64,000 bases of DNA from Azolla caroliniana (taxonomy: Eukaryota > Plantae > Polypodiophyta): the NCBI GenBank assembly GCA_043228905.1, contig JBHGNT010000002.1:15252001-15316000 (forward strand). The letters run 5' to 3'. Below the pieces are notes generated by a model, which was given only the letters and a program-made list of their open reading frames with translations, was not told the DNA's origin and searched no databases. The position numbers and the translations under genes are program-made. Below are positions 25,156 to 38,200 of the stretch, piece by piece; the first letter of the stretch is position 1, and each line of letters starts with the position of its first letter.

Positions 25156-27385
25156 CCTGAAGAGTGTTTCTATGGAAGGAAACCTAGTTTAGAACACTTA
25201 AAAGTGTTTGGATGCCTTGCATATGTACATGTGCCTGCAGAAGTAAGAAGTAAGCTGGATCCAAAAGCAAAAAAATGTATTTTTGTTGGCTATTCAGAAG
25301 AACAAAAAGGGTATAGATACTATAACCCTGTAACAAAGAAGATTGTGACAAGTAGGGATGTAATCTTTGATGAGTTAGCAAGCTGGTATAGTCCAAAATA
25401 GAATCCAGAGACTGATGAAGACAATGAGATTGAAGACAGAGACAAATCTGAAAATGTAGAAGACTGCCACAGAGATGGAAGCAAGGTTGGACAGCAAAGT
25501 CCAACATCAACAGAATGTTCTGGACCATCAAAAAGCTCAGATGGTAAATCTGATTCGAATTCTTGGAGTGGAAAAAGTGGAAGACACAAAAAATGTGATA
25601 ATAAAAAAGGAAAACAGAAAATGCCAGAGTATGAAATGTTGGATGACTTGTCTAAAAACATGGAAGATGAGGATTTAGATGTGTCATTGGATGATCTTCT
25701 TGGTATAAGAGGATTGAAAATCCCTGGTATGGAAAAAGCATTGAAGGATGCAAATCATAAACTGAGAAGATCAGATAGAGAGAAAAAAATTGTTGACAGA
25801 TTTGGTTATGATACATATATGGCTATGCATTATGCATATATGTCTAAGGTGGTACAGATCCCTGATCCAAGTAGTTTTGATGAGGCTAAAACTGAGAAGA
25901 AATGGGTGGATGCAATGCAAGAAGAGATTGATGCATTGGCTGAAAACAGAACATGGGATTTGGTGAAGTTACCAAAAGGAAAAAATGTGGTAGGTTGCAA
26001 ATGGGTCTACAAGACAAAGCATGATTCCAGTGGGAATGTAAGTAAACATAAAGCAAGTTAGGTTGCAAAGGGATATGCCCAAATGCAAACAATTGATTAT
26101 GATGAGACATTTGCACCGATTGCAAAGATGGCAACATTGAGGACATTACTAGCTGTAGGTGCAGCTAGAAGATGGTTTCTTCATCATATGGATGTAAAAA
26201 ATGCCTTTTTACATGGTAACTTGGAAGAAGAAGTGTATATGTGTCAACCACCAGGTTTTGAAGATAGGAAGCATTCAGATTATGTATGTAAGCTGAAAAA
26301 GACTCTCTATGGATTGAAACAGGCACCAAGAACATGGCACAGAGAACTTTCAGATTATCTGAAAAAACTTGACTTCAAAATGTCAAAGGCTGATTCATCA
26401 TTGTATGTTAAAAGGAAAGATGATTGTATTGTTGTGATTCTGATTTATGTTGATGATCTCATCATTGGAGGTGATTTCATGGATGAGATAAGTAAGCTGA
26501 AAAGAAATTTGGAAATGAAATTTCATATGAAAGATTTGGGAGATCTGAGATATTTTTTGGGTATTGAAATCATCAGATCTGAAAGTGGTATATGTGTGTT
26601 GCAAAGACAATATGCAACAACTATGTTGAAAAAGTATGGTATGCTTGGATGCAAACCTATTGGAGTACCACTAGATAAAAACTACAAATTGAGGGTTGAT
26701 TTGGGAGCCAAAATAGAAGATGTAAACATGTACAGGTCTATGGTGGGCAGCCTTATTTATTTGACCATAACAAGACCTAATTTGAGTTATGCAGTTGGAT
26801 TAGTCAGCCAATTTATGCAACAGCCAACAAAGCCGCATTTGGACTTCATTAGAAGAATTCTGAGGTATGTAAAAGCTACCCAGAACTATGGATTGTTTTA
26901 CAGGGCTAATTTGGACATAAATCTGAGGTATGTGATGCTTATTGGGAAATAAGCTATAGGCTAATTAGCTACTGATAGTTATTTAGCGGTTGACAGCTAA
27001 TTAGCTACTGACAGCTATTTAGTGACTGACAGCTAATTAGTTACTGACAGCTATTTAGCGACTGACAACTAATTAGCTGCATACGTAAGTAACTTATTAC
27101 TTAGGTAGAAAGTAAGAGAGTAGGTAAGTAAGAAATACAGGAAGTAGAACTCTGAGAGAGAGAGTGAGGAAAGAGAGGAAGAACTCAGAGAGTGAGAGAA
27201 AAAGAGAAAAACAGACGAGAGCAAGTAGAGCTCCGCGTGTAATGAAATAGAAGAAGTTTTGGCTGCTACAGAGGTAAGTCTCCTTCCCCCTTCCCTTCTG
27301 TGTTTGAGCACTAAACGATCTAGCACACAACGATCCACCGCGCACATAAGAAGAGCCCGAGTGCCTTCTTCACGTTTTCTTAACA
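25156..27385 (+). mobile_element. Truncated unit-2 copy of the copia element
   Basis: Integrase end, RT and 3' LTR followed by CAGAC; 5' half and RNase H/PPT deleted. Confidence 0.92.
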
Positions 27386-30190
27386 CAGACCCTCTGAGAA
27401 GACTTAACAGAGGAATATCATACCTTGGTAGCATCCCACACCGCGGCCATCGAGCAACTCTTAGAGGAATTCAACGACGATCGAATGGTGTTTCGCTTAG
27501 AAGCCAAAGCATACGAGGAGGAACGACTTGCTACCAGGATTAACAAAGCTCCCACAACGAATGAGCAAGGACCCGAGCTACCCACTGCGGCAGCTAGACC
27601 GGAGGAACCTGCCCCTACAGACCTCCACATCCCAACCAAGCCACTCACCACGGCACATAGACCAGAGGAACCTGCCCCTACAGACCTCCACATCCCACCC
27701 GAGCCATAGACTACAACCATGACCCTGACTAAATCGGTCCCAACAGAGGAGGGCCCACACGACGACACTGCCATCCCCGAATCGGCAACGAAACCTCCAT
27801 CATCAACCCCACCTTCCAAGCCGCCAAACCAACCCCATGCCCCCGAGGATATCCTTGGCATATTGGAAGAGGAATTAAAAAAAACCTATAAGCTCTCATA
27901 GGAAGGGGAAATTTTTGTAATTTTTGTTGTTTTGCCAAATCCTTGTGAACTGTGGGTCCGGCGGACAAAGTCCTGTCCCACGGGCGTGCCAGGTGTTGTC
28001 CATGGGACTAAAAGACAAATTAGTTAAATATAATACGCCGGTAGGTAAGGTTAGTATGTGAGGAAGCTAGAGTTTAGGAAAACACTGAGTTTCAAACCTC
28101 ACAGTCTGCCGACGGCTCGGCTCTATATGAAGAAAAAGTATGTAAACTGAGGTCTGCATACCTCGACAAGGGGGGAATACCTAGATCATTCTGAGCGAAA
28201 GTAATACTATAGGAGCAAGCTTTGTACGTACTGTTTCCGGCTGAGGCCGAGTACTATAATCACTGTAAGATTTATCATGGAATATAAGTTTCGTCTTTTC
28301 TAAACTTCTATCTGTGTATTCTCCCCGTACTCGTAAATCGGACTACGTTCATACTTAACGCGTTGTAGCCCGTGTACGATCCTTGTTCTCCTCTCTTTTT
28401 CCCCGTGTAGAAGAAGCTTCCACGTAACACAATCCCTTGACCCCGATAGCTTGTGGGCTCATCGAAGGTGTTTCCCCAGAATCGGTTAACACAATTTGGC
28501 ACGCCGGTTTATAGCGGTAAGGTCACAGCAAACTACGTTGGAAGCAAACTCCAGCCACCATTATGGCGCCCCATCACATCACGCGGTCTCAGCCACCTGC
28601 CCGACGCCCTGAGCCAGTCGAACAATAGTTTCCAACAAGCTCATCAACATACCACGACTTTCTCCATGGGCTCTTTGCAAAGTTCCCTTCTGTAGGAGGA
28701 CAATCGTTTCCAACAAGCTCTTCAATGCACGGCCTATTCAAGCTCAGGCCATCTGGCTCTTGAGTGCCCTCATTGGCCACACTGCCCAATATGTTAGTCC
28801 CGAGCTCACATGATCGAACATTGTCAGTACAACATGCTCAACCGCACAATCACGGCTCTGGTTCGCTAGATCGAGCTGCGCAATACGTACTCCCGATAGG
28901 ATGAACATCAATCATACCGACATCTAGCAAACGAGCGACCACGATCCCCAGAACGTCAGCGCCGCGACGACGACTACCACCGTGACGACGACTACTGTCG
29001 CTACGACGACCGGTACCGCCACGAATCTCGCAGGAGATCAAACGACCGTGACCAGTACCACGACGACCAATATAGAGCGAATGATGAGTACGATCGGTAT
29101 GGTGCCGATCAGGAGGACCAATACGATCAACAGTATTCACGAAACGACCGACGGAACTCTTATAAAGTTCCGCGGAACAATCGTTGTCAGAATGACAATC
29201 GTCGTCGAGACCCCCCTCCTAACACCCCGCACACCGCGCCACGGGCCAACACGCCTACCCAAGCGCTCGGGAATCAATCACAACCCTTCCCACACACTGA
29301 GCACGGTGACACAAGCAACTCGGCATTCGTTATCTGCTTTAAGTGTAACCAACCTGGCCACTACGCCACTCAATGCCCAACCATAGACCATGGCAAGGCC
29401 CTGGCTGTGAATACGATTATGGCCGACATCCAACACGTCACTACACGTAGCAAGACTAACACCAACCAATGGCAAGAACAAGATGACATCCGACAAGCGG
29501 CCAAGGAATGCATTGAGACCGCCAACAAAAGCAACGTGGCACGGATTCATACAGAGATGCAGGACGTGATCCTCGACACACCACCGTCCACATGACCATC
29601 CACCACGGTAGAGGATGACCTTCTATGGGAAGCCCTTACAACCGCTAAGATGTCGCTACCATTACATAAGCTGTAACCACTCATGCTGCGCTTTCAGGAT
29701 ACCTTGGCTAAGCTCACGGCTAATGACGAATTTGTCATACCCCCGGTTACCTTACGGAGCCAGGGACAGGCCCACCGCTCATGGATTCCTAGAATCCATC
29801 CGTGAAAATCATGCTTTAGGGACGTGACCTTCATGGGTGCATAATCAACGGTGGCTCCGGTGTGAACGTCATCAGCGAGGCCACATGTCACACCTTTGGA
29901 ATAAACCAATGGGAGCCTTGCCCCTTTTGGCTTCGGATGACCGATACACGATTGGTTCGCCCCATCGGATTAATCCGCCACCTCAACATTACTCTAGGAG
30001 GCCACATGTTCACTATCTCGGCCGTTGTATTACGACTCGAAGCACAGGGCGCCTACCCAATGTTACTTAGCAGACCATGGTTGCGCACAACAAATATCAA
30101 ACAGCATTGGCAGCGCAACATGATCTCGTTTCGCCGAGGAAAGACCAAGGTTCGGATCATAACTGAAGAATGCGTAACCACGCCCCACAA
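27386..30190 (+). mobile_element. Gy2 in unit 2: extra ORF end, LTR 27994-28491, PBS, gag and protease
   Basis: CFKCNQPGHY zinc knuckle; protease I.NGGSGVNV...YPMLLSRPWL. Confidence 0.85.
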
Positions 30191-31410
30191 CACCTCTTCC
30201 ACCTTCCCCAAGCATAACCCTTCATGCACCATGCATGTGTCGCTTTCATTTCGATCATCTTTATGGACAAGACACTTCAATCTTCCTTCTTCTGTCAATC
30301 CAAGCTTGTCTTTCTTAGGCCTCATCCGAACATCGACTTTGACTATTCCTTGTAGCCCATGCTTCAAGTACATGCTCACATTTAGGCCCTTAGACTACCA
30401 TATTGGATGTTTTCCGCTTCTTCCTTTTTCATAGTATACTCTCATGTGAGAGTTGACCATTGATGGTTCGATCTTCATAATGGTCTCCTCTTTCGAGTTA
30501 GATATTGTGATCAAATCCTACGGAATGCCCTTCGAATTCACTTCGTTCGTTTGGCCCTCGTCATGCACTATTGTGCTTTGTTTGACCTCTTCATCATATG
30601 TATTAGCTTTGACTTTCACTTCCTCACCGCCACCTTCCATCTTTGGTCTTATGTTGGTTCTCGGGCATAATTGCAAAACTCTCCGGAACCTGCGTGGAGG
30701 GATTCTCATCCTTATCGGCTTTTGCTTTTGTCATCTTGTCCATAGCCATCTCTTTGGCTATCTCTTTGTCGCACGCATCCGCGTCGGCCCTTGCTTCCTC
30801 ACCACCATTGTCCTTCTCTTGGGTCTTACATTGGTTAATACCCAAGTCTCTCAAACAAGTGTGGAGGGTGTCATGATAACACTCACATCATGCATCGAAA
30901 GGAACATGACACTCACATTATGACTCGAAAGGATTTGATTGAATTGTTATTGCTAGGGCCGGACAACAACCTAACACAGGGTGTCCCCTTAAGACACGTC
31001 ACCAAAGGGTGGTACAGCAGAATGGCTTACGACACAACGCTTAATTAGACCTTAATCGATTACTTAGCAATCCGTAATTAACACGCGGAAGATGTAACAA
31101 TAAATACAGAACGGTAATCAACACTTGAAGATTAATACAATAAGCTTTTATTAATTATCCGCTCCTGATTACATTGTAACCGGGCCTTTATATAGGTCTC
31201 CGGTGCGAAATACAAAACGGTGCCAACCGGCACCTTTACGGAATCGTTCCGGATCCGGATCGGCATACCGATTCCGGTCCGTCCGTCAACATCTTCTTAT
31301 GTAATAATATGTATATATTAAGACTACTAATTACAATAGTTCCCCAATAACTATTCCTTTCACACTGTGGTTTGGACCTCCTTAAGCCTTCTTTGCCGGC
31401 CGGTAACACA

Positions 31411-31450
31411 TGGCACGCCCGTGGGACAATACCTTGTACGTGGAACCCAC
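31411..31450 (-). other. tRNA-Arg 3'-half-like motif at the PPT position (Gy3)
   Basis: Sense strand: GTGGGTTCCA-N13-GTCCCACGGGCGTGCCA-TG-3'LTR. Confidence 0.8.
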
Positions 31451-31462
31451 TATCCGGCCCTT

Positions 31463-34400
31463 TTACGCTTCATCCAAAATGTCCAGAATGCTTTGCTCCA
31501 AAATTTCCAATGGCTCGTCGGGAATCTGTTGTTTGCTGTTGTGGTTGTTGTTGTTCCGTTTGTGGCTGTGGCTGCTGCTCTGTTTGTGGCTCTGGCACCG
31601 GCATTTCCGTCGTTGGTTCCTCTGTGGGAGTTGTCTGTGGCTGACTGACCCCGGCCTGTTCCCCCTCCGGTCTTTGCACTGGCGATGGTTCCTCATCACT
31701 AAGGTTGACCGTTGCCGCCTTTCGCGCTTTTTCTTCCCGGAGTCGGGACCGCTCATAGCTTTCGAACTGGATTTGAGCCTCCAGCCGATCATCGTCCAGT
31801 TGAGCTACGAGCTGCCGGACCTGCACCAATTGTTCATGCGCCAGGGCTATGAAATCTTCCGCCAGCTCATTCCTAATGGTGGTGAAGTCCTCCGAGGTCA
31901 GCATATAGCAGTCGTCGCCCTCCTTTCGCCGGTTTTCAACGTCCGCCCTAAGCAATTGGAGTTCCGCGGTATTCTGCGCCCATTTTGCCCACCAACGCAT
32001 AGAGCTGTCATCAATTAAGCTTTTGGTTTTAGTGAGCCATGACCGGAGGATGCACTGGATCCGTTCGGCTCCCATCTGTGATTTATTTTCTGTGGCTTGT
32101 CGCTCTTCCTTCAACTACTTGATGATCCGAACCGTGTCCGCCTCCTGCTCCCTATAATGCGACAATTGAGTTTGATAGGTTGTTTGCAACCTCTGTAGTA
32201 CCATTGACGCTCTTTCCTTGTCTTCATGGTTCTGTTTGTGGAGCTTCATCTGGTCATTCACCGCTTCCTCCAATAGCCTGGAACTTTCTGCTCGTTCTTC
32301 GGCAAGTGCCGTTGTGGCCCTATCAACCTCTTGTCGGAGCTCGGCCATCCGTTCCTATTGTTGCTGATGCTCCGTCTCCAGCTGCTTGTAGTCCCGATGC
32401 AGATGATCGAAATCATCGGTCTTTTGCTTCAGCCTTTGGTTTATCTGACGGCGCACGCGGTCCTCCTAGTCCTTCTGTTGCCGGAGCTCTTCCTTCAGCC
32501 GCTCAATTTCCGTTTCCGCCATCCGTCGCAGCTTGTCTTTTTCCTGCAACACTCTCTCTTTTTCCTCCTTCACCCGGTCGTAAGCATGATGTCCTTTACG
32601 CAGGTTTTCCTCTGCATGGCGAAGGTTCTCAACAATCTTTCTTAATTCTTCTTCGGCCGCCTTCTTCAAGTCGTGTTCGCGGCTCCGTAACGCTTCTTGT
32701 GCGGCAAGCTCATCTCGTAATTCTGCAAGTTCTTGGGCTTGCGCCGCATGTTTCTCTGGGACTGTTTGTGTCTCCGGGGTCTTATTCTTCTGTACATCAA
32801 CCGGAGTCACCGGTGCTTGGATCTGCATTGCAGTTAAGGCCATTTTGGCCATATCTCCTGTGATCCGATCCAAGTCTTGTTCGAGGCACCGGATCCTTGA
32901 CCGGGCTGTCTCCAGTTCATCGGTTGTGACGAGCAACCGTTCCGTTTGCGCTCTTCCCTCCGCCTCTATGCATCCGACTACTCCGGCAATTTGGTCTCCT
33001 ATCCACCGTAGCCATTGGCTGCCGGTGCACTGTTGGTGTGCTTGCACGGAGAGTTGGCTGATGGGTTCACTCACCGGTGGCTGGTCCCACCTTTCTGCGT
33101 CAAGCTGCGCTTCTGGTTTTGCTAGCTGACCACTTTGCCGTTCCGGCTCTGAGTGTGTTTCGGCCAGTCGCCCCTTGTCTGCTTGTTCTTGGCCGGCTGG
33201 GGCGGTTGGCCTTTGTATCTCCGGCTCTTGGGTGACGGGGCTTGCCGGGACTTCTGTGACCGGTTCCATCCGAAGCGGTTTTGGTGCCTCCCTTAGCGTG
33301 GGTTGCTCATCGTGAGTTGCGGGTGTTCCATCCTTCTGTGGGTCTGAACGCTTCCCGGCTGATTCTGCGGTGCTCTTCACCGGCCGCCGTTGGAGGTGCT
33401 CCGTGGGTTCTTCCTCCATCTCTTCCGCCTGAGTCCCGGCATTCATTCTTGCCGCCAAGGTGTCCATTTCCTGTTTCCCTGGTCGGTGGAGTGGGCTCTT
33501 CAAGGCCCGTGCCGGTGTCTCCTCGTGCGTGTCCGTCAGTCGCTTCCGGCTGGCGTGCTCCTTCACCGCCTTCTCTGCTTCGACAATCTTCCCCTTAGTG
33601 GCCTTGGAGGCCAACAGTTGTTGCCGTTTCGAAGCAGGTTTCGGGGTGCCGTCCATTGCTCTTCCCCGCTTCTTGGTTTGGACGGGCTCAACCAGTGGCG
33701 CCAATAGGGTGAGCCATTGTGTCACCGCGTGCCATATTTTCCGGCCTTCCTTGCCGTCCTTTCCCCTTACTATATCAATGGTCGTACACAACCCGTCGGC
33801 GATCAGCACCGGCCAATCTACCTTGACCCCTTCGTACGTTGCGATGATCAAGCCTGCTCGGTTCTGAGGCATGATGGGGGGTCGAGGGTACACGTGGCCG
33901 AACTCGTGGAGCACACGGGTAATTTCCCGGAATAGCATATCTTCGCCGCCCTGTGTCCTATAGCCCTTGCTGGCTAGAGAGTACTCACCGAAATATTTGA
34001 TGAGTTGCTTAGGGGTAGGATTGTCGATCGTGTAGATACCTCCCTCCGGAAGGCCTATTAACGCATGGATCGCCTCCTCCGTGATCACCTCCGTGTCGAT
34101 TTCTTTTATAATCTTCTCGGCCTCCTTGTGTGGCGCTGCCTCCATGATCGTTAAGAAACCCTCCAGACAGTGCTGCCGTAACCATTTCTTGGCGGCTTCA
34201 GACAACGTTTGGCAGTCCATCTCTGCGTTGAGGTCTGAGAGCGTTGGAGAGGTGTGATGGTGGGGAGAATGTGAGAGAGAAAGTTCTGAGGGAGGGGGTT
34301 CTCTGTGTGCGAGCTCTCTACGATTTATCTTCACGCGTCGCTCTACGTCTGTTCTCCTTGTTTCGCGATAGGAGAAGGTCTCGATGCGTGGGGGTTTTGC

Positions 34401-34736
34401 TCTCTGCATCTTGGCGTCTTTTTCGAGCCTCCGCATGTGGAAGTCGTGTACTATAATAGCATTGCGTGCCATGTGGCAGTGGTTTAATGTCCTATTCATA
34501 GCTCCTCGTACCTTTTCGACGTGCCTCTTTACTCCTTGTGTGCATGGCCGTTTCCACCACTCTTTTCCATGATTTATTTGATTCACTCCTTTATTCTCTC
34601 TTTTTTTCTTTTTTTCTTTTTTCTTTTTTTCTTGTAAGTTTATGGACCTTACGGTCGGAACAAGGAGTGCGGAATGGTCGATTATCGGCGGGTAGAGGTA
34701 GACGAGGAGGGAACACCACGCTCGATTTGAGCGCAC
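31463..34736 (-). pseudogene. Gy3 extra ORF: plant-transposon-type N-terminal domain, Pro/Glu-rich linker, long coiled coil
   Basis: ORFs 32466-34736, 32115-32348 and 31470-32114 share one frame broken by two TAG stops; the C-terminus is homologous to the Gy2 extra ORF. Confidence 0.75.
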
Positions 34737-34993
34737 CTGAATCGAAGACGAGGTAGAAGAAAGGAGAGGGAGCCGGCATGATTAGGAATAACAAAAAGGA
34801 AGAGGGATAGGGGTTTAAACACTAAGATTGGAAACATAAACACTAAAACAAAAAACATAACCCAAAAACTAACAAACATAAAATCTAAATCTAGATACAT
34901 GAACCTAAAAATAAAGTAAAGGGTGGGGTAATTAGAAAGAAATTAAAAGATAGGCTTAAAGGGAGAGGGATTAACATACTAATTAAAATAGAT

Positions 34994-34996
<3 letters not shown>

Positions 34997-35031
<35 letters not shown>

Positions 35032-35218
35032 AAACATAAATAAGCCTAAGATTAAAACTAAAGAGAGAGAGAGAGAGAGATTAAAACATAAATAAGCCTA
35101 AGATTAAAACTAAAGAGAGAGAGAGAGAGAGATTAAAACATAAATAAACCTAAGATTAAAACTAAAGAGAGAGAGAGAGAGAGATTAAAACATAAATAAA
35201 CCTAAGATTAAAACTAAA
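34997..35218. repeat. (GA)n-containing ~52-bp minisatellite, 4 units
   Basis: (GA)n followed by TTAAAACATAAATAARCCTAAGATTAAAACTAAA, repeated. Confidence 0.9.
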
Positions 35219-38200
35219 ATACGAGACAAAAAACATAATTAAAATTTAAAAACAAGGGTTACGGGGAGGGAAGAGGATTACCATAATAATAAAAATGAAA
35301 GAGAGAGGTGCTATTACGAACTAGAGAAACATAATTAAAACACGATTAGAATAGAGAGGGCGAGGGAGAGAAACATAATTAAAAACATGTAATTAACATT
35401 ATAAATGAAAAATTACATGGGGTTTGAGGTATGGTCTTATGGCAAACTAGTTTCGCCCATCACGGGCTCATCAGTGCCAACATAAGACCATGAGGGTGAG
35501 AGAGGGGGTTTATATAGGATTTTAGGAGAGGGGTATAGTGAGGATGTGGGATCAAAGTTGGGAGTGGGGGGCAAGGGTGTGCTATGTGCATATGTGCACA
35601 TTTAAGGGAGAAAAAGATAGTGGGATGTAAGTTTTAAGCTTTTTTAAGGATAGGGAAAAGGGAGTGAGAGGGTATGGGAAAGAGTGTAGGGAGAAGTGAG
35701 AGAGAGGGGTAAGGGATGTGCATATGTGCACACGTGCATGTGCATGTTTAAGGAAGGAGGGGTAAAGTTGTTATAAGCTAGAGAGAAGGGAATGGTGATG
35801 TGGGCACACGTGTGGGGTTGGAAATGCATTCGTAAATGGAAGTGGAAATGCATCCGTTGCCGTTGACGCATTGAGCTTCCGGTAATCGACACAAACTCTA
35901 ATTTTGCCGTTCTTTTTCGGTACGACTACGATCGGGCTCAGCCATGTAGATTTCTTTACGGGACGGATGAAGCCGACCCTCAGTAATTTGTCGATCTCCT
36001 CCTTGACTTTGGCGGCGTAGTTTGGGTTCATCCGGTACCGACGTTGTGCCACCGGCTTGGCGTATTTGCTCAGATGTATCTGGTGTTAATACAACTAAGG
36101 ATCCAGGCCTCTCATATCCTCGTACGACCAGGAAAAGACGTCGCAAAACTCGTTGAGGAGTGTAATTATCGCCGTTTTGTTCTTTGCATTCATTTCTTTG
36201 GCGATGTGCACCGGTTTTGCCTCCTCCGCCGTTCCTAGATTTACCTCTTCTAATTGGGACGCTTTTACGCGTTGGGATACGGCCATTTTCCTTTCCAACG
36301 CCTCCTGCGCATGCCGTAACTCCCGGATTGCTTCTTTATCCGGTTCCGCTTCGGTTCCGTCCGATTGCAGTAAGTAGGGTGATACCGCTTCCGCGACGTC
36401 AATTTCGAATAGAGGTACAATCTTCGGGTTCTCCAGCAAGTACTGCTCTTCTTCTTCGTCTGCTAATCCTTCTAGCATATTGACACACTCCGCATATAAC
36501 GGTGTCAGATCCTTATCGGTGCCCTTCCTTGGTTGTGTTGGTACCCGTACCTTCGCTTTTCCCCGCTGGAACGTAATCATATTCCTCCTCCAGTTCTGCT
36601 TGATATGTGCCGTTTTTAACCAAGGGTGTCCCAACAATAATGGGTACGCTCCTTCAGCCTACAACTGGAGAACTACGGCTGAGATTCGGAATGTGTGGCC
36701 CCCGATGGTTACTTCCAAGTTCCGTATTAAACCTGTCGGTTGCACCGAGCTTGTGTCTGCCATTCGGAGCCAGAACGGACATGTTTCCCACTCTTAGATT
36801 CCAAGAGCATCGCATGTCCGGAGGCTGATTACATTAAAGCCGGAGCCTCCGTCTATTATCGTGTCAGGGAGTTCTTTCCCTTTCACAATGGCCGTAATTG
36901 CCGGACTGTTGGTGTCCACCATGGCCGGTCCTTCTTCCGGATTTGAGAAGAATGTCGGAGCCGGTGGTGTTCCGCCTGTCGTCATGCCGGACTTGAGTCC
37001 TTCTGTGAATCTTGGTACTAGCTGCAAGAGTCATCCTAACGGCAGCGTGATCTGTCATTCCTGCAATACCTGCCATGTCACGTTTTCGGACTGACTACCG
37101 CCAGCGAGCTCTTCGGTGTTCTCCTTCTGTTGCGTGAGTTCTGCTACTTTTCGTTCATTTGTCTTTTTCACCCATTCCGTTGCCTATTTCCGGATGGCCT
37201 CTTGTGTCTCCCATTCCGTAGTCTTCCCCTTCGACCTTGTGGTGACCTGCTGGAGGTCTGCGACTTTGGCAACTACCATGTTTACTGTCGGTCGCTTATC
37301 ATAGCTTTTTGCCGGACATTGATTACTAAAATGTCCTTCTTGCCGGCAGTAATAGCAATATGCTTTCCGGGTGTTGCTGGATTCGGCATTGTTTCCTGCA
37401 CCCGGTGGAGGACTTGTGGTAACCGCGGGGCTCTCGTCTAGTTGGCTACTTGAGGCACCTTTTTCCGGTTCACGTGGGTGGCTCCCGTTTTTGAAATGCC
37501 GTTTTTTATTAAAATTCTTTTTGTTGCGGTACCCTTGCCGGGGTTGGTCGTCATACCTCCCATAATCTTCCCCGTTGTTGGTGATACCTGGGGGAGTGAT
37601 CCCGGTTGTGATGCTCGTACCGTCCATTGTAATCTCGGTACTTGTCGTATCTCTTGTACCGGTCGTAGTTGTCTCGCCGATTGTCGTACCGGACATCTTG
37701 TGCCGGTCGATATCGCTCCTCTTGTTGCCAGCATTCGTCTTCTTCGTTTCGGCTACTACGTGGCTCGATTTGCCGGACTGGTGGAGCTTGCCGATTCAAT
37801 AAGTTATATTCGCACCGGTCCATCGTGTGGCTCGTAGATTGGCAGAGAAAGCAGTGCGTCCGCATGGTGCACTCCAGTGACGAGTGTCCGGAATTCAAGC
37901 AGGTCGTGCATTGGATTGCTTGCCGGAAATGGAGATCCTCATCGGTTAGTAATGCTCGTTGGAGGGCTCCCATTGTTAGCCAAGAGCTCGTTTTTTCCAT
38001 TTCTCTAACCCGGTCGATGACCTGGTCGACGGTGCTTGTGCGAAAGTCAATGACCGTGCATACCATTCGTCGAGGTTCCGGAGCGCTGCTAAAAATATAG
38101 CCCGCATTTCTTCCTCTGGAGGTGCGTGGGTAAGCTGGCTGTGCATCCGTTGAAACCGGATTACAAAATGCGGGATGCTCTCGCCGGGGTCCTGCCGAAT

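Noticed and set aside
30190-30944. Host gene in the segment upstream of the integrase fragment (part also at 14782-15186 and 46129-46533)
   Set aside because: Only short, interrupted ORFs with no recognisable motif; left unclassified.
32466-34736. env gene
   Set aside because: No signal peptide or transmembrane segment is evident.
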